From Pseudomonadota bacterium (GTDB lineage: Bacteria; Pseudomonadota; Alphaproteobacteria; Sphingomonadales; CAKZYD01): DNA of 64,000 nucleotides. Below the pieces are notes generated by a model. The model was not told the origin of the DNA and ran no database searches. It saw nothing but the letters and a program-made list of their open reading frames with translations. The position numbers were made by a program, and so were the translations under genes. Where the stretch lies: the NCBI GenBank assembly GCA_039814715.1, contig JBCCAR010000003.1, forward strand, positions 99,393 to 163,392, given 5' to 3'. This document shows positions 21,101-36,100 of the stretch, in pieces. Every line of letters starts with the position of its first letter. The stretch's first letter is position 1.

Positions 21101-24100
21101 CCAGTTACAGTGTCGCTTGATGGCTCTTTGGGCGCTGGCGGCGACGCCATTGGCGACAGTCTGTCCTCAATTGAGCGAGTTATCGGGTCGACACGCGACG
21201 ATATCATCACCGGTTTCAATCAAAACGAAACTCTTGAAGGCGGTGACGGCGACGATACGCTCACTGGCGATATTGGCGATGACATCCTGCTGGGTGAAGC
21301 AGGAGATGACATCCTTACTGGCGGCGTTGGAGCTGATACGCTGGACGGCGGTGATGACTTCGACACCGTTGATTATTCCGCCTCTGACGCCGGTGTGACA
21401 ATCGTCTTGGACGGGACAACGCTTGGTGTTGGTGGGCATGCGCTGAATGATGCCATCAGCAATGTAGAGCGCGTTATCGGCTCTGATGATGCCGATGTAA
21501 TCACAGGCGTTGGGAATGACGAAACGTTTGAGGGCGGCACTGGCGCTGATACGCTGACCGGTGCTGGCGGAGATGACACGCTGCTTGGCGGCACCGGCGC
21601 AGACGTCTTAACCGGCGGCGCAGGGGCAGATGTGATCACCGGCGGCGGCGACATAGACCGCGTCATTTACAGCGGTTCCGCACTCGGTGTGACCGTCTTT
21701 CTTGATGGAACGGCCAGTACTGGCGGAGATGCGCAAGGCGATATCGTCACTCAGGTAGAAGAATTCGTCGGCTCGGCGCAAGGCGACACTGTCACCGGCA
21801 CCAATATCGGGGAATTGTTCCTCGGCGGCGCCGGCGCGGACACCATCATTGCGGGCGGCGGCGTTGATGATCTTCGCGGCGAGGCTGGCGATGATATTCT
21901 GCGCAGTGGCCTGGGCGCAGATACGCTCGATGGCGGTGATGACTTTGATACTGCCGATTACTCCTTCTCTATTACCGCCGTCACAGCCTATCTAGATGGC
22001 ACCGCCGGAGTGAACGGTGACGCCGATGGTGATACCTTAACGGATATAGAGCGGCTGCTTGGCACGGCGTTAGATGATGCTCTGTTCGGTGCAGGAACAA
22101 ATGATACGCTTGAAGGCAATTCTGGCCAAGATACCCTGACCGGGAACGCAGGCGATGACACGCTCATCGGCGGCGGCGCAGATGATGTGCTCATTGGCGG
22201 CGCGGGCAATGATGATTTGCAAGGCGGTTTTGGGGAAGACACGGCAGACTATTCATCTTCCGTACTTGGAGTCGTCTTAGATCTGGGTGCCAATAGCGGC
22301 ACAGCTGGCGATGCCGATGGCGATACCTTTGATTCGATAGAAATTGTTGTTGGCTCGGATGAAGCTGACGATATTACCGGGTCCGACAATCCAGATACAC
22401 TGTTCGGCGGCGACGGCGGCGATACCTTGCGCGGCGGCGAAGAGGATGACGATCTCTTTGGCGACGATGGGAATGACATCCTCATTGGCGGTCTGGGTGC
22501 GGATGGCTTGAACGGCGGTATTGGCGATGACACGGCCGATTATTCTGGCTCAGGCGTTGGCGTTACGGTCTTTCTCGACGGCAGCGCAGGCCTTGGCGGG
22601 GAAGCCACTGGCGACCGCCTCAATAGCATTGAAGTGGTGATTGGCAGTGCTTCAACAGACTTCATCTACGGCACGAATGCGTCAGAAACACTGCAAGGCG
22701 GTGCATCCGGCGATACGCTAAGCGGCGGTCTTGGCGATGATACCCTTCTTGGTGAGGCCGGCGACGACATGATCGTCGGCGGCGGCGGCGGCGACACCAT
22801 CGACGGCGGCGATGATTTCGATACGGTAGATTACTCAGGCTCAACCCTTGGCGTCACGATCGTGCTTGATGGGACAACGCTTGGCACAGGTGGAACGGCA
22901 GCCAACGACACTGTTGTTAACGTTGAGCGCCTGATCGGGACGTCCGTAAATGATGATTTCACCGGCGTTGGCGCTGATGAAACCCTGGAGGGGCGCGCTG
23001 GTAGTGACACATTGCGCGGCGGTGGCGGGGATGATCAGCTACTTGGCGGAACAGAAAACGACACCCTCATCGGCGGTGCAGGCGCTGACATTTTAACAGG
23101 CGGAGACGGTGTTGATACCGCTGATTATTCTGCCTCATCTGCTGATCTGACCGTTTATTTGGATGGAACCGCTGGTGCTGGCGGGGACGCGCTGGGCGAT
23201 ACGCTGTTTACGGTTGAAACGCTGCTCTCAGGAACCGGCAATGATATGCTTTTCGGCTCTATCGTTGCGGAAACCTTTGAAGGAAGTGATGGTGATGACA
23301 CCATCACAGCGCGCGGCGGAAACGACACACTGCGCGGCCAAGCTGGTGACGATATTCTTATTGGCGGCGAAGATGCCGATGTTATCGACGGCGGCGGCGA
23401 TACTGATATTGCCGATTATAGCGCCTCAAATGCAGGCGTGACGCTGAACCTCGATGCCACCATCTCGACAGGTGGTCATGCCACAGGCGACCAGCTGATT
23501 GACATTGAGCATGTCATCGGCTCCGCTTTCCAGGACACTTTCAACGGCACGGCCGCGGCTGAGACCTTTGAAGGTCGCGGCGATAATGACAGCATCAATG
23601 CCGGCGCTGGCATCGATGTGCTTATCGGCGGGCTAGGCGATGATATTCTGCGCGGCGGCGCTGACGCCGACCAGCTCGACGGAACATCTGGCAATGACAC
23701 CGCGACTTATAGCGATGCTGGCGACAGCGTCACTGTTTATACCGACGGTACGGCAGGCGTTGGCGATGATGCCCAAGGCGATACGCTGCAGAACATCGAT
23801 ATCGTTATAGGCTCGGACTTTGCTGACACTCTGATCGGTCATGCTGGCTCTCAAACACTGCAAGGTGGATCGCAAAATGATGATCTGCGCGGCGGCGAGG
23901 GCGATGATATTCTCGAAGGCCAAGGCGATAATGATACGCTCGATGGCGGCGGCGGCGCTGATATTCTGCGCGGCGGTGATGGAATTGACATTGGTGACTA
24001 TACCAACGCTTTGGATGATGTGACGGTCTTCCTTGATGGAACCGCTGGTGTCGGTGACATCGCCGACGGGGACACGCTCTTTACCATTGAGACCCTCTAT

Positions 24101-27100
24101 GGCTCAGCCTTTGACGATACCCTCACTGGCGCCTTACAAGGCGAGCGTTTGGAAGGCCGTGACGGCAATGATTTGTTGTCAGGTGACTTTGGCACGGACA
24201 CCCTGCTTGGCGGCGATGGGGATGATATTCTTCGTGGCGGTTTAGGCGGTGATACGCTTGATGGCGGCAACGACTTCGATATCGCAGATTATTCTCTCGC
24301 TGGCGGTTCGGTTACTGTTTCTCTTGATGGGTCGCTTGGCACGCAGGGTGATGCGTTAAATGATACCTTAACCGACATTGAGCGTTTGGTTGGCTCCAGC
24401 AACAACGACACACTTTCCGGTTCTAATGCCGCCGACGAAATTTGGGGCGGCGACGGCGAAGACACTATTACCGGCGGACTGCTTGGCGATGATCTGCGCG
24501 GCGATGGCGGTAATGACACAATTGATGGCGAAGAAGGCGCTGATAGCATTGATGGCGGCACCGGCGATGACATCATCTTAGCCAGTGAAGATGGCGACAC
24601 CATCGACGGCGGTGACGATTTCGATACCGTCGACTATAGCGCGTCTACGCTTGGCGTCACAGCATATCTGGATGGTACGCTTGGGGTCGGCGGCTTAGGG
24701 CTAAATGACACGCTCAGCAACGTCGAGCGCCTGATTGGTACGAGCGAAACCGATACCTTCTTTGGCGATACGACCGACGATACCCTTGAAGGCCGCGGCG
24801 GCGATGATGTGCTGAACGGCGGCGCAGGCGCGGATACCATTTTGGGCGGTGCCGGCGCCGATCAAATCGATGCCGGTGATAACGATGACAGCATCGATGG
24901 CGGTACTGGAAACGACATCATTACTGCAAGTGCAGGCGCGGATAACATTGATGGCGGCGATGATGACGACACTTTGACTTACGCCGCCAGTGCGATTGGT
25001 ATCGACATTGGTCTTGATGGATCAGCCGGCTCAGGCGGCTTGGCCCAAGGGGACCGTATCTTTGGTATTGAAACGCTGATTGCGACAACTGGCGACGACA
25101 TCGTACGCGGCATTTCCACCAATGAAACCATTCAGGGCGGCACCGGGAATGACACGCTGCGCGGCGGCGGCGGCGATGATCTCCTTGAGGGCGAAGTCGG
25201 CGATGATATTCTAGAAGGCGGAAGCGGGGCTGATACCCTTGATGGCGGCGCCGGCGGCTTTGATATTGCCGATTATGCCAACTCCTCCATCGGCGTTGAC
25301 GCCCGCCTTGATGGGACAGCAGGAACGCTTGGCGATGCAACCGGTGATACGCTCATAGATATTGAAGCGCTGTCAGGGTCTGCCCTCGATGATTTGCTCA
25401 TCGGCGGCACTGCAAATGACGAACTACGCGGCGTCGATGGCAATGATGAGCTGCGTGGTTTTGACGGCGATGACCGTTTGATTGGCGGCGGCAATAACGA
25501 TCTGCTGATTGGCGGCGCTGGGAATGATTTCTATGATGGCGGCGCTGATTTTGACACTGTGGACTTCTCTGGTGAAACTGATGCTGTGGTGGCCGATCTC
25601 TCTTTGAGCACAATCACGATCGGCTCGGGTTTAGGTCAGCAGGATGAGACCATTCAGAATGTTGAACGCTTGATCGGTACTGCTGAGAATGACACTTTCA
25701 CCGGCAATATCTTTGCTGAAACCTTAGAAGGCCGTGATGGCGATGATACGCTTAACGGTGCGTCCAGCGACGATATCTTAATAGGCGGCATTGGCAACGA
25801 CACGCTCAATGGCGGCTCTGGTGAAGATACGATCGATGGCGGCGAAGGCGACGACATCATTGATGCAGGCAGCGATGCCGATACAATTAACGCTGGAACC
25901 GGCAACGATCTGATCATTTCTTCTAATGACGCTGATGCGATCGACGGCGGCGATGACTATGATACTGTTGACTATAGCAACTCGATTGCAGGCGTTACCG
26001 TCTTCTTAGACGGCACGGCTGGTGAACGCGCGAATGCTATCGGCGATACGCTCAGCAATATTGAATACGTCATTGGGTCTGGTAGTGACGACATTCTCAC
26101 AGGTCATAGTGAAAATGAGCGCCTAGACGGCGGCAATGACGATGACATCCTAGACGGTGCCGGGGGCGATGACATCCTGAACGGCGGCAGCGGTGATGAT
26201 CAGTTCATTGCCAGCTTGGGCGCCGATATCATGGACGGCGGAAGCAACAGCTCCGTCAATACCGGTTTCCCAAATGGCGGCCTATCAACGCGCGATGTCG
26301 TGGATTACTCCGCAGCCACGGGTGAAATTGAAGCCTATCTCGACGGGACAGTCGGCGTCGGTTTTGAAGCTGCAGGCGATACAGCTGTCAATATTGAGTC
26401 GATCATTGGCGGTGATTTTGATGACATTCTAGGCGGCAACGCCAGTGCCAACACGTTCCGCGCTGGTGATGGCGACGACACCATTACTGGTGAAGATGGA
26501 AATGATATTGTTTACGCTGATGAAGGCGCTGATGATTTCGATGGCGGAACCGGCGACGACGCGATCAACTACACTTCGGGCACCGAGGGCATCACCATCT
26601 TCACTGATGGAACCGCAGGGACTGGCGGTTTGGCTCAAGGTGATACGCTCTCAAATGTAGAGCGGGTCTATGGCACTGATTTTGCTGATAGCATGACGGG
26701 CCACACAGGTACGCAGCGTTTCTTCGGCAATGACGGTAACGACACGTTAATTGGCGGTGAAGGCGGTGACCAGCTTGAAGGCGGTAGTGGCGAGGACTTT
26801 ATTGATGGTGGCGAAGGCAACGACACCATTAGCGGCGGAAATGATGATGATGTAATTCTTCTCACGGCGGGGACGGACAACATTAACGGCGGCAGCGGAC
26901 GCGATACGCTTGACGCCTCAGGGCTGGCAAGCCGCGTCCATGTGAATTTTGCCACTGGCAGCGGTACATTGGGCGACGCTTCCGGTGACGATTACGATTC
27001 CATAGAGATATTCATTGGTACCGATTTTAATGACTATGTCTTGGACTCAGGCGCGACAGAAGACTATTACTTAGGTCTAGGCAATGACCAAATCGATGCA

Positions 27101-30100
27101 CAAGGCGGCGGCGGTATTTTCGATGGCGGCGGTGGTGTCGACATCTTGGAATTCAACCGGTTCGATGTTGCTGGCGTTGATGTCGTCATGGACGGCACCA
27201 CGGTTGGTGTGGGCGGCTTTGCCGACGGAGCGACCTTTGAAAACTTTGAACGTATATCGCTAACCGCATTTGATGACAGCTACGTTGGCTGGGCGGGCGA
27301 TGAACAAATTGCTGGTGCACAAGGCGCGGACGATATCGACGGTGGAGACGGCTTCGATTTTGTCGTCTTCCTTGATGATATCAATAGCGGCGGCGGGGCC
27401 AGCACAAACTTCGCTTTAGACGGTCGGATAACCGCCACCGGCCGAGCTGTGGGTGACACCGTAACCAACGTTGAAGGTGTTATTGGTTCCAATAACGACG
27501 ATATACTCGGCGGTGACAGCGGTGATAACGAGCTTCGTGGATCGGGTGGAAATGACACTCTACTCGGTGATCTGGGCGCCGATGTTTTGGATGGTGATAA
27601 CGGCGAAGATACGGTCGACTACTCACTTGCGGGCGCACAGATTAACGTTGCGCTTGGCGTTGGCGGAGTGGGCGACATTGCCGATGGCGATACCTACAGC
27701 GAAATTGAAAACGTTATCGGCTCAGGGTTTGATGACGCCCTGCAAGGGACGTCAGACGCAAACAACCTGAACGGCGGCGAAGGCGACGATATCTTAATCG
27801 GGCTAGAAGGCGGTGACCTCTTGGTTGGCGCTGGCGGTTTTCATGACGTTGCGAACTATAGTGCCTCTAATGAGGGCATCACAATTAGCATGGACGGCTC
27901 TTTCGGACTAGGCGGCCATGCAGCGGGCGACCAGCTTCTCGGTGTCGAGGATGTCATCGGGTCCATCTACGGCGACGATATTACCGCAGATGGCAACATC
28001 AACAGCCTTCAAGGCGGTGATGGCAATGATTTCCTTCAAGGCAACAATGGCGGCGACGTCCTTGATGGCGGGAACAACTTTGATGTCATTCGCTATGAAG
28101 GCTCCGATGCAGCTGTCACTGTAGACCTCGACGCGCAAACCGCCTCAGGCGGCCATGCAGACGGCGATACACTCATCTCAATCGAAGGTGTCTACGGCTC
28201 GGCCAATAACGATATCTTCTCAGGCTCATCCCGAGATGAAGATTTCCGCGGTGAAGCAGGTGACGATAACATTGCAGGGTCTGGCGGAGCAGATGATATC
28301 CGCGGCGGTGAGGATACAGATACCCTTACCTATTTGGCTGCTGGCGCAGGCATCACGCTCACGCTTGATGGCACAACCGTTGGCACGGGCGGCGATGCAG
28401 CAGGCGATACCGTTCGCGAAATCGAAATCCTGTTTGCCACGGACAACATCGATAACATTACCGGCGTCGCCCTCAATGAAACCCTATATGGCCGCGGCGG
28501 CGCCGATGCACTCGATGGTGCTGGCGGCGACGACATTCTGATTGGCGGTGCAGGCGGGGATACGCTGATCGGCGGGGGCGGAACGGATACAGCTGATTAT
28601 AGCGGCTCTGCTGCAATTCAAATCGTTCTCGATGGGTCTACGCTGGGCATTGGCGGTGATGCAGCCGGTGACGTGATCAGCGGTGTTGAGACGATTATCG
28701 GTACTGATTTCAATGACGTCGTCACGGCGACGGTCTTACAAAGCACTTTGCGCGGTGAGGGCGGTGATGACCAACTCACCGGCAGTAATCTAGATGATGT
28801 GCTGCTTGGCGGCGCCGCGCAGGATTCGCTGTTTGGCGGCGAAGGCGATGATGACCTGCAAGGCGAGGAAGGCAATGACATCCTAGAAGGTGGCATCGGC
28901 GAAGATAGCCTGGATGGTGGGTCTGGGAATGATACAGCGAGCTATGCCACTGCTGGAAGCGGGGTCGCGGCTAGCATCGCGGCGGGCGGCGGAACGCTTG
29001 GTGATGCCAATAACGATACCTTCACGGACATCCAGAACCTGACTGGTTCCGGTTTCGATGACACCCTCACCGGGGACAGCAACGACAACACCTTAACGGG
29101 CCTTGCCGGCGTCGATACTCTAGATGGCGGCCTTGGCAACGATACTATTAACGCCGGCGCAGGTGACGACATTATTATCGCCAGCGTAGGCGGCGATAAC
29201 ATTAACGGCGGCGATGATAACGATACCGTCGATTATACCGCCTCTGATGCGTTTACGATTACCATCGGTACTGGTTCAGGTACTGGCGGGATTGCCCTTG
29301 GTGATACGCTGATCGATGTAGAGATCATCCTGGGCGGCGCGCAAGGCGATAACATCACCGGCGATGGTGACAACAATACGCTGACCGGCAATGGCGGCGA
29401 TGACATCCTCGACGGGGCTGGCGGCGATGACTTGCTGCAGGGGAACGCGGGCGCTGACCAATTCACTGGAGGCACTGGTACCAACACCATCGAAGGCGGC
29501 GCGGGCACCGATACGATTTTCGGCGGTACCGGCACAGACCTGATCGATGGCGGCGGAGAAGTCGATACAGTTGATTATTCTGCAGACACTGCAGGCATAA
29601 CGATTGCCATTGATGGCATGGCGGGCAGTGGCGGCCTAGCAGCTACAGATACACTGACAGACGTTGAAAATATTATCGGCGGCAGCGGCGTTGATACGCT
29701 TACGGGAGACGGTGAAGACAATGTGCTCACTGGTAATGGCAACGCAGATATTCTAAGTGGCCTAGGCGGCAATGACACCTTAGAAGGCGGGGCCGGGAAC
29801 GATACCCTGACTGGCGGGACGGGCACAAACACGCTCAATGGCGGTCTAAACGATGACACCTTCACCGGCGGCACCGGAGCTGATCTGATCGACGGTGGTA
29901 GCGGTTTCGATACGGTCGATTATTCAGCGGACTCCGGCGACAATACCATCACGATCGGCGGCGGCGCTGGAACTGGAAGCTTTGCCAGCAACGACACACT
30001 TGCGGGCGTGGAACGAATTTTGGGCGGAACGGGCGTCGATAACCTGACAGGTGATGGCAACGACAACACGCTGATAGGCAATGACGGCAATGACGTTCTA

Positions 30101-33100
30101 ACCGGCATGGGCGGAACCAATACGCTTCAAGGCAATGACGGGGAAGATACATTCATTGCCGGCGCGGGCGCAGATAACATTGATGGCGGCGGCGATGATG
30201 ACACTGTTGATTATTCTCTCTCAACCGCGATCAACATTACGATTGGCAGCGGCACCGGCGCTGGCGGTCTAGCAGCAAATGACCAGCTAACGGACGTGGA
30301 AAGTATCATCGGCGGGGCTGAAGGCGATACCATTACGGGTGATGGCGATGCTAACACGCTGACCGGCAATGGCGGGAATGATATCTTAGACGGCGCGGGC
30401 GGCAGCGATACGCTGGAAGGTGGCGCGGGAGAGGATACGCTGACCGGGGGCGCGGGGACAGATACCATAAACGCAGGCGGCGACAATGACACCATCATTG
30501 GCGGCGCGGGCGCCGATGACATTGATGGCGGTACAGGCATCGACACGGTCGATTATTCGGCTGACACGACCGGTATTACGATTGCGCTAGATGACAATCC
30601 TGGCTCGAATGGCTTGGCTGCAGGCGACACGCTGTTTGATGTGGAAAACATCATTGGCGGATCGCAAAACGACACGCTGACAGGGGATGGCGAACAAAAT
30701 ACGCTGACCGGCAATGATGGGGATGACACCCTCGATGGCGGCGCAGAGGACGATACGCTCATCGGGAACGACGGCGCTGATACGTTTATCGCAAGTGCTG
30801 GCGCCGATAGCGCAACCGGCGGCGCGGGCATTGATACCGCCGATTATTCAAGCGAGTCCTCCTTTGCAATTACGGTCGGCGGCGGTGCTGGCACGGGCTC
30901 AGCCCTTGGCGATACACTCGCTGGTATTGAAATCGTCCTTGGCGGCGCGGGCGATGATACTATTGTTGCAGACACCAGCCTTAATTCCACACTTACCGGC
31001 AATGGCGGCATCGATACGCTCACCGGTGGCTCAGGTGACGACACCTTAAACGGCGGCGCTGGGGATGATGTCCTCAATGCTGGCGCAGGTATCAACGTCA
31101 TCAATGCCGGCCTCGACGATGACACCATTACAGGCGGTGTTGGCCGTGACACCATCGACGGTGAGGGCGGTTTTGACACCGTCGATTACACGGGTGACTT
31201 TGGTGACAATGTCATCGTGATCGGTGGCGGTTTGGGCACAGGTAGCTTTGCCTCGAATGACCAGCTGTCCAACATCGAACGCATTCTTGGCGGCGCGGGC
31301 GCAGACACGCTAACAGGGGACAGCGCTGATACTACCTTTGAAGGCAATGACGGCAATGACGTCCTGACCGGCGGTGCGGGTGACAATACGCTCAATGGCG
31401 GTGATGGCGATGATACATTCATCGGCGGCACAGGTAACGATACTATTGATGGTCAAGGCGATATCGATACCGTTAATTATTCAAACGATACTGCTGGTGT
31501 GACTGTTGTTTTGGATGGATCGCTTTCCAGCGGCGGCCTGGCGGTCGGTGACCGGCTCTCCAATATAGAAAACTTGACGGGCGGTACTGGCGGTGACGAC
31601 GTAACCGGCAATGCTCTAGACAATATCTTACTCGGTGGTGACGGCGCTGATACGCTGCGCGGTGAAGGCGGAAATGACACACTGACGGGCGGCGCTGGGA
31701 CAGACACGATCACAGGCGGCTCGGGCACCAACACAATAAGCGGCGGCGCAAATGTAGATACGATTATTGGCGGCACTGGTACCGACCTCATTGATGGCGG
31801 TGACGGTGATGACATTGTCGACTACAGCGCTGATAGCGGTGACAATACAATCACGATCGGCGGTGCGGCAGGGACCGGCAGCTTTGCGAACACCGATACG
31901 CTAACGGATGTGGAGGAACTGCGCGGCGGTTCGGGCGTCGATACATTTACTGGCGACGGCGACGACAACACTCTGATCGGCAATGCCGGCAATGACGTGC
32001 TCGACGGCGGTGCTGGCAATGATGATGTGCAGGGCGGAGATGGCGATGACCGCATTGTCGGCGGCGTCGGCACAAATACGCTCGACGGCGGCACAACCGG
32101 AGAGGTCAACGGCGACACAATTGATTATACCGCTATCACTGCGGCCTTAAACGTGAATTTAGCAACCAATGCGACGAGCGGTGCAGCAGCCAACGATACG
32201 ATCTCGAATTTTGAGAATTTCCTTGGCGGAAGCGATGTCGACACTGTGACCGGCACATCTGGCGCGAACCGTATTGAAGGTAATGGCGGCGCAGATATTT
32301 TAGATGGTGCGGGCGGGGATGACACGATCCTCGGCGGTAATAATGCCGATACCATTACCGGCGGCACTGGCACCAACACGCTCAGCGGCGGCGGCGGCGC
32401 TGATACCTTTATTGCAGGCACCGGCATTGACTTGATCGATGGCAACAACGGTCAGGATACTGTGGATTACACCGCAGATACCGCCGGTATTACGGTCGCC
32501 ATTGATGGCAGTCAGGGCGTTGGCGGTTTGGCCGAAGATGATACCCTTACGAACGTGGAGACGATCCTTGGCGGCTCCGGCAATGACGATATTACCGGCG
32601 ATGGTGATCAGAACATCCTGCAAGGCAATGACGGTAATGATGTTTTAGATGGCGGCGCTGAGGCGGACCAGCTCTTTGGCGGCGCTGATCAAGATGACCT
32701 CTCCGGCGGAGACGGCAATGACCAGCTCTTTGGCGGCACGGAAGATGATATCTTCCGCGGTGATGCTGGCAGCGATGTCATCGATGGCGGCGGCGGCATT
32801 GATACCGTTGACTACACGGCTTCAGGCACCTTTACAATCACCATTGGCACCGGATCGGGGACAGGCAGCCTTGCGCAAGGTGATACCCTCACCGAAGTTG
32901 AAATCATCAATGCCGGCGGCGGCGATGACACGATTACAGGCGATACCAACGACAACACGCTGAATGGCGGCGCCGGCGATGATACACTCAGCACCGGTGC
33001 CGGCGGGGCGAATACGCTCAACGGCGATGGCGGCGATGATACGGTCATCATTCTCGCAGCGTCTTCCGGTAATACGGTTGATGGCGGCACTAATACAGCG

Positions 33101-36100
33101 GTTGGTGATACGATTGATCTGTCCAACTTCTCTACCGCAGCAACGCTGAACATTTTGTCTGGCGCGGTGGGTGGTGCGTTGGCTGCCGAAACTGTTGTTG
33201 CTAGCAGCTTTGAGAACATTATCGGCGGGACCGCCGGAGATACCCTGACCGGCAGCGCAGCAAGTAACATCATTTCAGGCGGCGCAGGCGGTGATGTCAT
33301 CAGCGGCGGTGCCAGCGGCACGAATACGCTAAGCGGTGAAGGCGGCGATGACACATTTACCGGGGGCACCGGTATTGATTTGATCGATGGCGGTCTTAAC
33401 GTTGACACCGCCGATTATGCCGCAGACACAGCAGGCATGACCGTCGTGCTCGATGGGTCCGTGTCTTCGGGCGGCCTGGCAGCGAGCGACACATTTACGA
33501 ATATCGAGAACTTCATCGCCGGTACTGGCGTTGATGACATCACTGGTAACAGCCTCGATAACACTCTTATTGGCGGCGCAAACAACGATCAGCTCTCCGG
33601 CCTTGGCGGGAATGACAACCTGCAGGGCGGCGACGGCGATGATACGCTGACCGGCGGCTCGGGCATCAATACGCTGACTGGCGGCAACAACAACGATACC
33701 TTTATCGGTGGATCAGGCACCGACAGCATGTTCGGCAATAGCGGGCGCGATACTGTCGACTATACCGCTGAGAGCGCGGACATCACCCTCCAAATCAATG
33801 GCGGCGCGGCAAGCGGCGGCATAGCTGCCGGTGACACCATCGATTCTATCGAGATCATTCTGTCCGGTTCAGGCAACGATACCTTAACCGGCGATGCGAG
33901 CGATGATGAAATCTATGGCAATGACGGTAATGACACCATTGACACCCGCGGCGGCAACGACAGCGCCTTTGGCGGCGACGGCAATGACCGTATTTTTGGC
34001 GGCCAAGGCACCAATACGCTCAATGGTGGCAATGATATCGATTGGATCGACTATTCTGGCGAGACCGTTGCTCTATCGGTTAACCTCGGCACCAATGCGA
34101 CCGCTGGAGCGGCGGCCAACGATACGATTTCGAATTTCGAAAACGTCCGCGGCGGGACCAATGATGATGTCCTGACAGGATCTTCGGCAGCAAACGTTAT
34201 CCAGGGCAATGATGGCGATGACACCATTGATGCAAGCGATGGCGGCGGCGACACCATTGATGGCGGCGCGGGTGAAGATAACATCACCTTGGGCTCTGGT
34301 ATCAATACGGTCGATGCAGGCGGCGATAACGACACCATCATTCTTGGCGCGGGGACTGACAGTGTCCAGGGCGGGGATGGGGTCGATACTGCCGACTATT
34401 CCAATGATACAGCCGGCATCACCATCACACTTGGCAGTGGGACAGGCTCTGGTGGTCTCGCTGCTGGCGACGAACTGCGCGATGTTGAAGATCTAACCGC
34501 GGGCTCGGGCGCGGATGATATCACTGGCGATGGCGGCGATAACACGATCATTGGGAATGAAGACAATGACACCCTCGACGGCGCAGGCGGCAATGATGAC
34601 CTGCAGGGCGGCGATGGTGATGATACATTGACCGGCGGCGCTGGCACCAACACGCTAAGCGGCGGCGCAAATGCAGATACCTTTATCGCGGGCACCGGCG
34701 CTGATGCGATAGATGGCGGCACCGGCACCGACATTGTAGATTACACTGCAGACAGTGATGGTATCACCATCACAATCGGAACAGGTACCGGCACCGGTGG
34801 TCTCGCTGCGGGTGATACCCTGGCCGCTGTCGAGACCATCCTCGGCGGCACGAGCGGCGATGCAATCACAGGCGATGGCAACGACAACCGCCTGGAAGGG
34901 CGCGGTGGGTCAGATACCTTGAACGGTGCGGGCGGTAACGATGTCATCCTGGGCGGTGATTTGAATGATATCATCACCGGCGGCGCAGGTACCAACACAC
35001 TTTCAGGCGAAGGTGGCAACGACCGTTTCGTAAGTGGGTCGGGCGCGGACGCCATCGATGGCGGTACAGGAATTGATACTGCAGATTACACAGGGTCGAC
35101 CGCCATAAACATAACAATCGGCGGCGGTGCTGGCAGCGGCGGTGACGCGCTCGGCGATACGCTGGTCAACATCAACATCGTCGAAGGTGGCAGCGAGGGT
35201 GACACTGTTACGGGCGATGGAAATGGCAACACGCTGCGCGGCAATGGCGGCAATGACATATTGGACGGCGCTGGCGGCATCGATACGCTTGAAGGCGGCG
35301 CAGGCGATGACACACTCACCGGCGGAACGGGCGCAAACACGCTCGATGGCGGCGCAAACGACGATACCATGATCGCTGGCACTGGCGCGGACGCTTTTGA
35401 TGGCGACACCGGCACCGACACTGCCGACTATAGCGCCGACACAGCTGGCATCACGATTACCATCGGCACTGGCACTGGCACCGGCGGGCTCGCCGCTGGC
35501 GATAGCCTCACGGCCGTTGAAATCATCGAAGGCGGCAGCGGCGTTGATACGCTCACGGGCGATGGCAATGATAATACGCTCTTGGGTAATGACGATAACG
35601 ACGTGCTGGATGGCGCAGGCGGCAGTGATGATCTGCAAGGCGGCGATGGTGACGACACTCTGACAGGCGGCGCTGGCACGAATACGCTCAGCGGCGGTAA
35701 CAACGACGATACCTTTATAGCAGGGACCGGGACGGATAGCTTTGACGGCGGGTCTGGCTTTGACACGGTCGACTACACTGGCTCTGCCGCGATTGACATC
35801 AACCTTGGCGGCTCCATGAACACAGGCGGCTTTGCTGCCGGCGACACCTATAGCAGTATTGAGCGCGTTCTCGGCTCAGCCTTCGGCGATACGATCAGTG
35901 GCGGCGGTCTGGATAACACCTTTGTCGGTAACGGCGGCAATGACACCCTCAATGGATTTGGTGGGGCCGACACATTGGACGGCGGAGCGGGGCAAGACAC
36001 ATTAAATGGCGGTGAAGGCAGCGATATCCTCACCGGCGGCGCAAATAATGATACCTTCATTGCCAGCGAAGGCGGCGATGATATTGATGGCGGCGATGAC